Origin: Octopus vulgaris
Lineage: Eukaryota
Direction: 5' to 3'
DNA: 64,000 bases
NCBI GenBank assembly: GCA_951406725.2
Contig: OX597815.1
Span: 209,250,001-209,314,000, forward strand
Part shown: positions 52,621 to 64,000 of the stretch, piece by piece
Layout of the letters: the number at the start of each line of letters is the position of its first letter
Position numbering within the stretch: the stretch's first letter is position 1
Notes under the pieces: generated by a model
The model's input: the letters and a program-made list of their open reading frames with translations, nothing else
Told to the model about the DNA's origin: nothing
Database searches by the model: none
Position numbers and translations under genes: made by a program

Positions 52621-53180
52621 CGGATTAGGATTGAACCATTTGTTTTCTTAAAAGGAAAAAAAAAAATCAGTCACTTTTGATAATAATGGTTTCTTTTTGT
52701 AATATAACAATCAAATGTTTCTTTCCAACTTTGATTTGATTTCTTTTACTTCTTTATTTATTATTTTTGTGTATCTCTTTTTTCTCACCTGTTTCTATCT
52801 TTTCATTGGTAATTCCATTCAGGATTGAAACATCTTTCTTTTATTTATTTGTTTCTTTCTGTTGAAATGATGGAATATGAAAAAGTATTAAGGAATTATC
52901 AAATTTTCTTTTGTGACTAACGTGTTTGCAGCACAGATTCTTTGACTTACCAGCTGATACCAATCTTCACATACATTTTTCACTAAGTTTGCAATAACAA
53001 GGTTTGCATTATTTGTACGATTTTTCTTTTGTTGTCAAAGTATTGTTTTCATTTAACCCCGGGCAAGTTTCAGTCAACAAGTCCAGCCTGTCATCAATTG
53101 TGTTCTAGTCATAACACTCCTATAATTTTTTTCATACAAAAAGAATCTAGAATTACATTAAACTATGGTTCCTGACTTCT

Positions 53181-53410
53181 TTAATACTTTCTCTGACAAT
53201 CCACCTGAGACCAATTCTGATACTATGATTTTAAAACTTCTTATACAGTGATCTAAATTAACATCTTCTCTCAAATCTCCATGTTGATTCTTGTTCCAAA
53301 TACCAGCTTAATAATGACCAAATTATTCTAATATATTTGGTATTATTTTCAAAATAAACTGAAACAAAACAGTTTTTTATTCAACAGAAATATAGTAATG
53401 AAAGGTTTAA
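53181..53410. mobile_element. TTAA-flanked MITE, family of 5419-5665
   Basis: Internal similarity; ends GTAATGAAAGGT|TTAA. Confidence 0.5.
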
Positions 53411-53644
53411 GATAGAAAAGCAATTCTTGAGTGAGATTTTGTTGCTATTTTTTGCAGAAAGAAAGATCTAAAGTGACTTCCTCTCATTGTCTTATACATC
53501 ATCACGTTTTATTATGAGAAGATTCTTTCATTGATTCATAGAAAGAATTTGTACTGAATTTCATTCTTTGACAATTTTTGTATTTGTATTATTATCACAT
53601 TGTAAAATTAGAAATTTCTGCACAAATCTTTCACATTTTTTTTT

Positions 53645-54021
53645 CTTTACTTGTTTCAGTCATTTGACTGTGGCCATGCTGGAGCACCGCCTTTAGTCGA
53701 GCAAATCGACCCTGGGACTTATTCTTTGTAAGCCCAGTACTTATTCTATCGGTCTCTTTTGCCGAACTGCTAAGTGACGGGGACGTAAACACACCAGCAT
53801 CGGTTGTCAAGCAATGCTAGGGGGACAAACACAGACACACAAACACACACACACATACATATATATATGTATATATATATACATATACATATATATGACA
53901 GGCTTCTTTCAGTTTCCGTCTATAGCAGAAGACACTTGCCCAAGATGCCACGCAGTGGAACTGAACCCGGAACCATGTGGTTGGTAAGCAAGCTACTTAC
54001 CACACAGCCACTCCTGCGCTA
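53645..54021 (-). mobile_element. SINE family A
   Basis: Match to A with internal deletion. Confidence 0.9.
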
Positions 54022-54472
54022 TATTTAACTTTCCTTCACATTTTTGCCATATAGTTGTGGATCCCATTTTGTTGGCCAGCATTACCATTTCCAGTTCAGT
54101 ATGTAGTATATAAATAAGGCAAAATTAACAGAGGGCACAGAAGTGCTAAAATAGGGGTTAAATTAATTCTAAAACCACCCATGACTTTTGGAAACATTTT
54201 TTCACACTAAAAATTGCTGAAGCATGGAATATATTACCTCTCTCAGTTGTCAGCAGTTGAGACACTACATCCTTCAAAATTTCCATTCTTCCTGAAATTT
54301 GCCAGCAATACACTTGATGCCCCACCTCCCCCATTTCTTTTTCCTTTTAAGAATTTTCACTGTTCACTTCCTGTGCATATTCTATATACTGTTCATGCAG
54401 TTTTGGATACTTTGTCTGATGAGTTGTAGTATACTTGAACACTGTATAGAATAAGTTTATTATCATATACAT

Positions 54473-54643
54473 AGCGTAGGAGTGGCTGTGTGGTAAGTAG
54501 CTTGCTCACCAACCACATGGTTCTGGGTTCAGTCCCACTGTGTGGCACCTTGGGCAAGTGTCTTCTACTATAGCCTTGGGCCGACCAAAGCCTTGTGAGT
54601 GGATTTGGTGGACGGAAACTGAAAGAAGCCCGTCGTATATATG

Positions 54644-54680
<37 letters not shown>

Positions 54681-54882
54681 ATGTTTGTGTGTGTGTGTAT
54701 GTTTGTGTGTCTGTGTTTGTCCCCTCAACATCACTTGACAACCGATGCTGGTGTGTTTATGTCCCCATAACTTAATGGTTCGACTTACAAAGAATAAGTC
54801 CTGGTGTCGATTTGCTCAACTAAAGGCGGTGTTCAAGCATGGCCACAGTCAAATGACTGAAACCAGTAAAAGAGTGAAAGAG
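54473..54882 (+). mobile_element. SINE family A
   Basis: Match to A. Confidence 0.9.
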
Positions 54883-55502
54883 AAAGATTATGTGTGTGTC
54901 TCTCATTTTTGAGGTGTTGTAATGTTGTAATCAGATCATCCTAGAACAGTAAGCACCCTTGCGTGTTCTCATTTACTCTCTCTTAACACCTGTGTGCCCC
55001 AGGATTGCCCATAATCACCTTTCAGTAAATCAATGACCTACCTGCTGTCAACCCTCAGCACATTTACTTCTAAGCAGGTGATTCCAGTCCTCACTCTTCC
55101 TTGACATCATCCATACATAACCTCCTTGGCACCTAATCTCAAACTTGCATTGCCTCTATACACAGTATTCTCAGAAATGTTTTCAAATGAGGGAATGACA
55201 ATACAATCTTGTCTAACAGCACAAAAATACAATAACCGCTCATTTAAAGGAATTAATGTTGTATCTCAGCCTCCCTAGTCTTGCAGAATTTGCAATGAAA
55301 TTCCTTAATGTCGATTCAAATTCTAAGGCTTCCAGTCTCAGGGGATCATTTTTGGTCAAAGTATTTTCAGGGTCTGAAAATACTTTGGCTCTGGTCAAAA
55401 GTTGACCCTCTGTAACAAAAGACTTCCTCCATAGCTTGGATGGTGATGCTACAGACCCCCAAATATTGTAAATAAGATCCAAGGGAAGGTCATCTGGTGG
55501 CT

Positions 55503-55880
55503 ATGCATGCACACATACATACATACATACATACATACATACATACATACATACATACATACATACATACATACATACATTCATTCATACATGATACATA
55601 CATGCATGCATACATACACACATGCTTACATACTTTCATTCATACATACATACATACATACATACATACATACATACATACATACATACATACATACATA
55701 CATTCATTCATGCATACATACATACATACATACATACATACATACATACATACATACATACATACATTCATTCATGCATACATACATACATACATTCATG
55801 CATACATACATACATACATACATACATACATACATACATACATACATAAATACATTCATTCATATATGCATACATATATA
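55503..55880. repeat. (CATA)n microsatellite
   Basis: Directly visible. Confidence 0.95.
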
Positions 55881-56736
55881 TACTTACATAAATACCAATG
55901 TTAAGAAATTAGGCTTCTCAAAACAGAAAGGAGAAAGCTGATTCGAAGACTACAGATTCAGTCTGTCTCTGGAACTGTGAAAATCTGTAAAACTTGCTAA
56001 AAGTTTATCACTTAAGTATATATGAATATGTCTAGATATGCAAGTTTATGTATGAGAAGACGTACATAAAATAAAACATACAAATCTATACTACATACAT
56101 ACATACATACATACATACATACATACAAAAGTACCCTGCTGATGTTGTTGAAATTTCAATGAAGGAACCTTGGCTCTAGGATAGAGACTGACACTTTCTC
56201 TATTGGTAAGAAACCTTGAAATAAAACTGAATAATGGCATACATACATACATACATACATACATACATACATACATACATACATACATACATACATACAC
56301 AAATATGCACATACATGCATATGTATATATGTATCTGTTGTGTGTCTGAAAAAAGAAGCTATGATACCCATATATCCTTTATATATCATTGAGGTTACAT
56401 TTTACACCAATCCCTATTTTTCTCATCACTCAAACTGTGTTTTTTATTCCCTACCTTTTACTAATTTGCATGACAATTCATTATTTCTTAGGTCTTTACA
56501 TTGAGTGCTATGAAGCCAGTGAACAACCACTGAAGATTTCTTTGGAAAATACTATGAACTTATCATGGAATATGCAAAGGAGAATACTATGGCAGTTTCC
56601 TTCTGTCATCTTTTGGGTGTATTTTTACAAGATACTTTCTTGCTGGCTAGATACAGACAAGATTTTTACACCTGCCTTACCTGTGCACTCTGAGTGTAAA
56701 GAATCAAAACAAATACTATGAAATATTTTGAGTAAT

Positions 56737-56870
56737 CTGTTGTGTCTGGGGAGAGTCATTTTCTTTTTGTGCCTTATGATATAACACACTCACCGGTAAA
56801 ATTTCCACTTCTTTTTTTTTCTTTTCTCATATAAAGAATCTTGCAAACCAAATCCAAAAACGAAATTTTG
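56737..56870. repeat. Rearranged copy of the 5740-6045 foldback family
   Basis: Arm sequence followed by an inverted copy of 5740-5780. Confidence 0.75.
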
Positions 56871-57119
56871 AGTAATGTTCTAATAATTCGAACAATCTGC
56901 TGTTCTGGAGTGGTATTTTATTTCATTAATCCCAGAAGAATGAAATGCAGGGATGACTCTGGTATGATTTGAACACAAACCTTAGAGAAATGGAATGAAA
57001 AAGAACTGCAGAGCCTCTTGTACAAGGGTTGATTTTTATCCTTCTTTCTGGAAAAAAATTCACCCTTGGTCAAACCTGGAGAGGAATGTAAAGTAAAAAA
57101 GTAAAGTTACCTTATCGAG

Positions 57120-57735
57120 TCAGCCTTTAGGCTGGTTTCCTGATTTCATGGCACATATATTCCCCACCTGTATGGAACACCAGTCCGTTGCAGGGTTAGT
57201 CATTTTTACCAGCTGAGTGAACTGGAGCGATGTGAAATGAAGTGTTTTGCTCAAGAAGACATTGTGTTGCCTGGTTCAGGAATTAAAACCATGATCTTAC
57301 AATCATAGGCGCAGGAGTGGCTGTGTGGTAAGTAGCTTGCTAACCAACCACATGGTTCCGGGTTCAGTCCCACTGCGTGGCATCTTGGGCAAGTGTCTTC
57401 TGCTATAGCCCCGGGCCGACCAATGCCTTGTGAGTGGATTTGGTAGACGGAAACTGAAAGAAGCCTGTCGTATATATGTATATGTGTTTGTATGTCTGTG
57501 TTTGTCCCCCTAGCATTGCTTGACAACCGATGCTGGTGTGTTTACGTCCCCATCACTTAGCGGCTCGGCAAAAGAGACTGATAGAATAAGTACTGGGCTT
57601 ACAAAGAATAAGTCCTGGGGTCGATTTTCTCGACTAAAGGCGGTGCTCCAGCATGGCCGCAGTCAAATGACTGAAACAAGTAAAAGAGTAAAGAGTATAA
57701 GTCCAACACCTAACTACTAACTACACATGCCTCCA
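57120..57735 (-). mobile_element. SINE family D interrupted by a full SINE A (57308-57695, +)
   Basis: D head resumes after the A tail. Confidence 0.85.
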
Positions 57736-57899
57736 CTGGAGGGGAATGGTCTTTACAAAATTCAAAGCTTAAAGAAAAAACAATGCACAAGACATGTCAT
57801 ATATCATGACATAACTCCTACAAGTCCATCAGGATTCCAAAGCTGAAAAGCATTTAAATGATTTGAGATCAGTTAGGGTTACAAGAGAAGGGTTTTACT

Positions 57900-58335
57900 G
57901 CGAGCTGGCAGAATCGTTAGCATGCCAGGTGAAATGCTTAGTAGTATTTCGTCTATCACTATGTTCTGAATTCAAATTCTGCTGAGGTCAGCTTTGCCTT
58001 TCATCCTTTCAGGGTCAATAAAATTAGTACCAGTTATGCACTGGGATCGATTTAATTGACTGAATCACTTACCCCAAATTTGAGGCCTTGTGCTTCCAGT
58101 ATAAAGGATTATTGCTAGAACTGCCCACATCTTAATAAACATTACTGATGGAAAACTCGAAGCACATCGGGCCAAATGCTTAGTGGCATTTCAACCATCT
58201 TAACATACTGAGTTCAAATTCCGCCAAGGTCCACTTTGCCTTTCATTCTTTTGGGGTCAATAAAATAAACGCCAGTCGATATAATCAACTTACCCCATTC
58301 CCCCAAAATTTAAGCCTTGCGCCTATGATAGCAAG
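57900..58335 (+). mobile_element. Two SINE B (short-tail) copies
   Basis: Matches at 57900-58110 and 58165-58335. Confidence 0.8.
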
Positions 58336-59235
58336 GGTCACTGGTGGAAAACTCTATGTTCTAGTCTATACTACAAATACAACATAAGTCTAAAACCATC
58401 AAGTTTTATTTTAATTTTCTTCATACCACACTCAAGATTTGGCTTCTTCATTTTTCATAATCTCTCTCTCTCTCTCCTTCACTTTTTCCCACTCTTTCTC
58501 TTTTACTCACTTTACCCCACTCTCCTTCACTATCTCTCTGTTTATCATTCTTAGTCTCTTTTTCTCTGTATTTAATTTTCTTCCAGCTCATTCTCTAGAT
58601 ATTAAAATTAGTCATCTCCATCTCCTGGCCTCATTATCAGTAATCTTCCCGCTAATTATCAGCATTCATTGCATTAAATGAAACATCTTAACCATCTACA
58701 GCATTGCATTTCACTTCTCTCCTGGTACTTAAATTTTCTCCAGTTGCCCCCACAGGAAGCTACAAGACAAGACAACATCAATAGATTAAATGCCTTGAAC
58801 ATTTCAACTCCTTGCAGATCAAAACTAGAGAAATAATATCAAACAAATGAAATTATCAGATATGATATGATATTGTTAGAATGGTACAAAGAATTGAAAT
58901 AAAAACAAAAAAGTAAAGATTAAATAATTTATTTTCTAGATAAATAATCTTATTTGATATATTCAATTCTTCGTCAACATCTCTGCTTCTGAAGATCACA
59001 ACTGCTAAACTATTCATTTGAATTTCATTTGGCTGCAAGTGTCTATTAGACAGGAAATTCTCTGGCAAAATAGTCTTCTGGGACATCTGCATCAGACAAT
59101 ATTCTTCAATTTGATGCCACATCAGAACCAAAGCAATTTGGTCCATTCACTTGCAGATGACTTGCATGTTTATTAATGAACTAATGATTGTAAAGTGTTT
59201 CCTCTCTCTCACTCCACTGGCTTCCAGTTGCAGGT

Positions 59236-59281
<46 letters not shown>

Positions 59282-59399
59282 ACCTCACATGCATACAGGC
59301 ATGTCCATGCACATGGACACATAAGCATACACATACACATATATACCTTTTTTTACATAGAGGCATTAACCTAACCAGAGATGCATTGTGTGCGTATGT

Positions 59400-59444
<45 letters not shown>

Positions 59445-59449
59445 AATAA

Positions 59450-60577
59450 TACTCTCTTTGACTCTTTTACTCATTTCAGTTATTTGACTGTGACCACCTG
59501 TAGTCGATCAAATCGACCCCAGGACTTATTCTTTGTAAGCCTAGTACTTATTCTATCAGTCTCTTTTGCCAAACCGCTAAGTTACGGGGACATAAACACA
59601 CCAGCATTGGTTGTCAAGCAATGTTGGGAGGGGGGGGGGGGGAAATACAGATACACAAGCATACACATACACACACACACACACATATATACATATATAT
59701 GACAAGCTTCTTTCAGTTTCCGTCTACCAAATCCACTCACAAGGCTTTGGTTGGCCTGAGGGTATAGAAGAAGACAGTTGCCCAAGGTGCCATGCAATGG
59801 GACTGAAGCTGGAGCCATGTGGTTGGCAAGCAAGCTACTTACCACACAGCCACTCCTATGCCTAATATATAATATATAATATATTTATCATCATCATCAT
59901 CATCATCTGCTTTCCATACCGGCATGGGTTGGATGGTTTGACTGGAAATGGTAAGCTAGAGGGCTGCACTACATTCCAGTCTGATTTTGGTTTGGTTTCT
60001 ACGGCTAGACGCTCTTCCTGATGCTAAGTACTCCAAGAATGTAGTGTGTGCCTCTTACATGTCACTAGCATGGGTGTGTTTATGCGTCACAGGCACTGGT
60101 GCTTCTATGTGTCACATGCACGAGTACTTTTACGTGTCATGGCTGTGTGGTAGGTAGCTTGCTTACCAACAACATGGTTCCAGGTTCAGTCCCCCTGTGT
60201 GGCATTTTGGGCAAGTGTCTTCTACTATAGCCTCAGCCCGACCAAACCCTTGTGAGTGGATTTGGTAGATGGAAAGTGAAAGAAGCCCATCGTATACATA
60301 CGTACCATATATATATATATATATATATATATGCATGCATGTATGTATGTATATGTATGCGTGTGTGTATATGTGTGTATGTCTGTGTTTGTCACCCCCA
60401 CCATCGCTTAACAACCGATGCTGGTGTGCTTAAATTCCCGTAACTTAATGGTTCAGCAAAAGACACTGATGGAATAAGTACTAGTCTTACAAAGAATAAG
60501 TTATGGAGTCGATTTGTTCAACTAAAGGTGGTGCTCCAGCATGGCGACAGTCAAATGACAGAAACAAATAAAAGAAT
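59450..60577. mobile_element. SINE A (59450-59863 -), diverged E (59888-60140 -), SINE A (60140-60577 +)
   Basis: Matches to family sequences. Confidence 0.8.
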
Positions 60578-60629
60578 AAATGAATATATGTATATATATG
60601 TTTTATGTGTCACATTATATATATATATG

Positions 60630-61011
60630 TGGAGGCGCAATGGCCCAGTGGTTAGGGCAGCGGACTCGCGGTCATAGGATCGCGATTTCGATTCCCAGAC
60701 TGGGCGTTGTGAGTGTTTATTGAGCGAAAACACCTAAAGCTCCACGAGGCTCCGGCAGGGGGGTGGTGGTGATCCCTGCTGTACTCTTTCACCACAACTT
60801 TCTCTCACTCTTACTTCCTGTTTCTGTTGTACCTGTATTTCAAAGGGCCAGCCTTGTCACTCTCTGTGTCACGCTGAATATCCCTGAGAACTACGTTAAG
60901 GGTACACGTGTCTGTGGAGTGCTCAGCCACTTACACGTTAATTTCACGAGCAGGCTGTTCCGTTGATTCGGATCAACCGGAACCCTCATCGTCGTAACCG
61001 ACGAAGTGCTT

Positions 61012-61013
<2 letters not shown>
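60630..61013 (+). mobile_element. SINE family C, full length, in (TA)n
   Basis: Nearly identical to 13166 and 51818. Confidence 0.92.
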
Positions 61014-61058
<45 letters not shown>

Positions 61059-61087
61059 CATATATTTAAAATATAATATATAATATA

Positions 61088-61133
<46 letters not shown>

Positions 61134-61511
61134 TATATTACAAGGATTATTATAAAAATATAACGACCAGGAAATTTAACAAAAACAAATGAAAAATTTA
61201 ACAAAAACTTTAAAAAATGGAAAATTTGACAAAACCATAATGCTTGGAAAATTTGTAGCTTGTTCCTCATCAATCAACATCCAAGAGATCATAATAGTTT
61301 TGCACCATTATCATTGAGACCATTCCTTCTTGGAGGTACTGGTGCAAAAAAGCCACTGGAAATAGCGAATGAATGTACAAGATAATGATGAAAACAAACC
61401 AGACAAACTAAAATAATTAAAATATTTATACATTCACAAAAAAACCCCAAAAAACAGAAGCTGTACAGCTACCAGATGGATGAATATGGGTAATGCAAAA
61501 AAAGTGGAGGA

Positions 61512-61557
<46 letters not shown>

Positions 61558-61830
61558 CAACAATTGAGGGTAAAATTAATTAATTAATCAATTTCACCAA
61601 GTATTCAGTATGCAAAGGGACCATTTAAGGCGAATTCAAATTATTACATTATATAAAAGGGCTTAGTAAAATAAATTACTTTGCCGCATACTGAACTCAT
61701 TAGAAATAGCAGCTAAAAAAACTTTTTTAAAACTATTTCCAATACTTAAAGAAAATCTCTCTCATATAGTGCTTGTTCAATTCAACTCACGAAAGTATGA
61801 GGGTAGAAACATTAAAAAATATATATATAT

Positions 61831-61864
<34 letters not shown>

Positions 61865-62003
61865 GGGTGTGTGTGATTGTGTATAGAAGAATATATTAAT
61901 AAAAGGAATTCCAACCCTGTCTGATTTTCACGTTTTATCTACAATCTTATAATGATATAATAGAATAAAATAAAATAGAAGAATGTTAAATATTCATTCT
62001 GAT

Positions 62004-62048
62004 TGAACTAGTACTTTCATGCATTAAATTATGCAATCTTCAGGTTCA
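62004..62048 (-). ncRNA. Minimal type I hammerhead motif (inverted copy)
   Basis: TGAAC-CTGAAGA-T-TGCAT/ATGCA-T-GAAA-GTAC-TA-GTTCA on the minus strand. Confidence 0.7.
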
Positions 62049-62136
62049 TGTAGTAGTGGTGACAGTCATGCTTCACAATTTTTTACTGTGAAGCATGACT
62101 GTGAAATTGTGAAGCATGACTGTCACCACTACTACA

Positions 62137-62181
62137 TGAACCTGAAGATTGCAGAATTCAATGCATGAAAGTACTAGTTCA
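62137..62181 (+). ncRNA. Minimal type I hammerhead motif
   Basis: Stem I TGAAC/GTTCA; CTGAAGA 62142-48; stem II TGCA/TGCA with U-U closure; GAAA 62167-70; palindromic GTAC loop; UA site at 62176. Confidence 0.7.
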
Positions 62182-62234
62182 ATCAGAATGAACATTTAAC
62201 ATTCTACTATTTTATTTTATTCTATTATATTATA

Positions 62235-62614
62235 CTAGCAGTATCGCCCGGCGTTGCTCAGGTTTGTAAGGGAAATAACTATAAAGCATTTTTAGAGAGT
62301 TATAGCCAAAAAATAGCCAAAAGATGGAAAAAATAATGGTAAATTTTTTTTAGTTAAAAAAGGTGGAGTTGCGTCCCCTAGACAGTTCGCGGTTTGTGTT
62401 TCTGATTCTAGACCCCATGTCGAATTTATCGATTTTTTTCAGAACTGGGGGAACTTTTCAAAATTTTCGCTGCGTTAGTTTTGAATTATGACATTGGGCT
62501 ATGTGTGTGTCAAGTTTCATCAGAATCGGTTGAAAGCCGTGGTCAGGGTGAGGCTACAAGAAAACAGACACACAGAAACACGCACAGACAAACTGCCGTT
62601 TATATAGAGAGAGA
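62235..62614 (-). mobile_element. Non-autonomous Helitron (380 bp)
   Basis: Minus strand starts TC, ends with a GC-rich imperfect hairpin and CTAG; inserted between A and T; host inverted repeat resumes afterwards. Confidence 0.8.
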
Positions 62615-62698
62615 TTATCTTATATTATATCATTATAAGATTGTAAATAAAACTTGAAAATCCAATAAGGTTGGAATTCCTTTTATTAATATATATAT

Positions 62699-62747
<49 letters not shown>

Positions 62748-62838
62748 TGTGTATATATATAATATAATATAATATATATATGATATATATAAATATGTAT
62801 TTATAGTATATATATATATTACACACACACACATATAT

Positions 62839-62877
<39 letters not shown>

Positions 62878-62990
62878 TGCCAGATCTGACTGGCCTGGTG
62901 CAGCCTTCGGGCTCCCCAGACCCCAGTTGAACAACCCATGCTAGCATGGAAAGCGGACGTTAAATGATGATGATGATGATGATGATGATG
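62878..62990 (+). mobile_element. Family E extreme 3' end
   Basis: CCCATGCTAGCATGGAAAGCGGACGTTAAAT(GAT)n. Confidence 0.85.
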
Positions 62991-63060
62991 ATATATACAT
63001 ATAAATATATATATACACACACACATATATACATATATATTTATATACACAAACACACAC

Positions 63061-63470
63061 TTATGATGACTCCGTCATCTTGATAGATGATAGCCATCTC
63101 ACCAACACACACACACACACACACCCCCCATCACACAGCACAATAATCACTCTGTTAATGAGCCCTTTGGTGACTATTAAGACCAGCTGCTGACTGACGG
63201 GGTTCAAAACACAAGTGACAGATATTATTCAAGTTTCTTCTATATCTTTGCCCTTTGGAATCTGATTCTGAAGGAATGTTTTTGTGAACTAGTATATGTC
63301 TTTTAAGTCCAGATATTGTCTTAGAAGTTTTGTGACATATGACACAAGTCGTAAGAGGTGGTTGGGGTTCAAGATTATTACCCACCTGGGTATTTAGATT
63401 TTCATGTCACTTCATGTGATTCACATATCCTGCTTTTGACAACAGAACACGATCAGAACAGAAATACATT
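63061..63470 (-). mobile_element. Probable RTE-type LINE 3' end encoding tandem C2H2 zinc fingers
   Basis: FCSDRVLLSKAGYVNHMK*H, CVICHKTSKTISGLKRHILVH and CHLCFEPRQSAAGLNSHQRAH*, then a short UTR ending GATGACGGAGTCATCAT. Confidence 0.6.
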
Positions 63471-63484
63471 TAAAAATTTTTTTT

Positions 63485-64000
63485 TTACTTGTTTCAGTCA
63501 TTTGACTGCGGCCATGCTGGAGCACCGCCTTTAGTCGAGCAACTCGACCCCGGGATTTATTCTTTTGTAAGCCCTGTACTTATTCTATTGGTCTCTTTTG
63601 CTGAACCGCTAAGTAACGGGGACATAAACACACCAGCATCGGTTGTCAAGCAATGCTAGGGGGACAAACACAGACACGCAAACACAGACACACAAGCACA
63701 CACACATATACATATATACAACGGGCTTCTTTCAGTTTCCATTTACCAAATCCACTCACAAGGCTTTGGTCGGCCCGAGGCTATAGTAGAAGACACTTGC
63801 CCAAGGTGCCAAGCAGTGGGACTGAACCCGGAACCATGTGGTTGGTAAAAAAGCTACTTACCACACAGCCACTCCGGCGCCTATATATATATTTGTTTGC
63901 TTGTTTCAGTGATTTGATTGCAGCCATGCTGGAGCTCTGCCTTTACTCGAGCAAATTGACCCCAGGGCTTATTCTATGTAAGCGTAGTGCTTATTCTACT
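63485..64000 (-). mobile_element. SINE family A (63485-63881) and the 3' end of another A copy (63895-64000)
   Basis: Match to A. Confidence 0.9.

Larger units (their letters stand above)
61891..62694. mobile_element. Inverted-repeat Penelope-like element with two hammerhead copies
   Basis: Left arm 61891-62082 pairs with right arm 62105-62234 plus 62615-62694; right arm is interrupted by a Helitron. Confidence 0.75.

Noticed and set aside
56526-56556. CTGAAGA...GAAA..TA hammerhead-like string
   Set aside because: Helix II does not pair and stem I is only 2 bp.
58856-59146. 96-aa ORF, and similar unique-sequence ORFs at 9388, 47945 and 56389
   Set aside because: No recognisable motif or splice pattern; lengths are compatible with chance or decayed TEs.
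61575-61710. Degenerate hammerhead on the minus strand (CTAATGA...GAAA)
   Set aside because: Core mismatch, GAAA not adjacent to the helix, and no stem I or III.

Overview
AT-rich, repeat-saturated eukaryotic DNA with no host gene that I can call confidently, so probably intronic or intergenic. The repeat content resembles octopus/cephalopod genomes (inference only): long (AT)n, (ATT)n, (CAT)n and (CATA)n tracts, several abundant tRNA-headed SINE families, and Dong/R4, RTE, CR1 and Tx1/L1 fragments. Almost all listed ORFs are microsatellite or SINE artefacts; the real coding relics are LINE and mariner fragments. SINE family labels A-D and retroposon label E are my own working names. Main observations: (i) three unrelated type I hammerhead-ribozyme elements of Penelope-like architecture (27.6 kb, 42.7 kb, and an inverted pair at 62.0-62.2 kb), each running into a TA-rich microsatellite; (ii) a (GAT)n-tailed retroposon 3' end carrying tandem ~62-nt hairpin-plus-pseudoknot modules with variable loops; (iii) SINE B head-to-tail multimers with a fixed junction, plus a candidate Tx1/L1-type partner LINE sharing its tail; (iv) a 52-bp minimal Helitron, a mariner derivative with two 5' ends, and a SINE microsatellite used repeatedly as an insertion site. 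Coordinates were read by eye; ends of degenerate elements are approximate.
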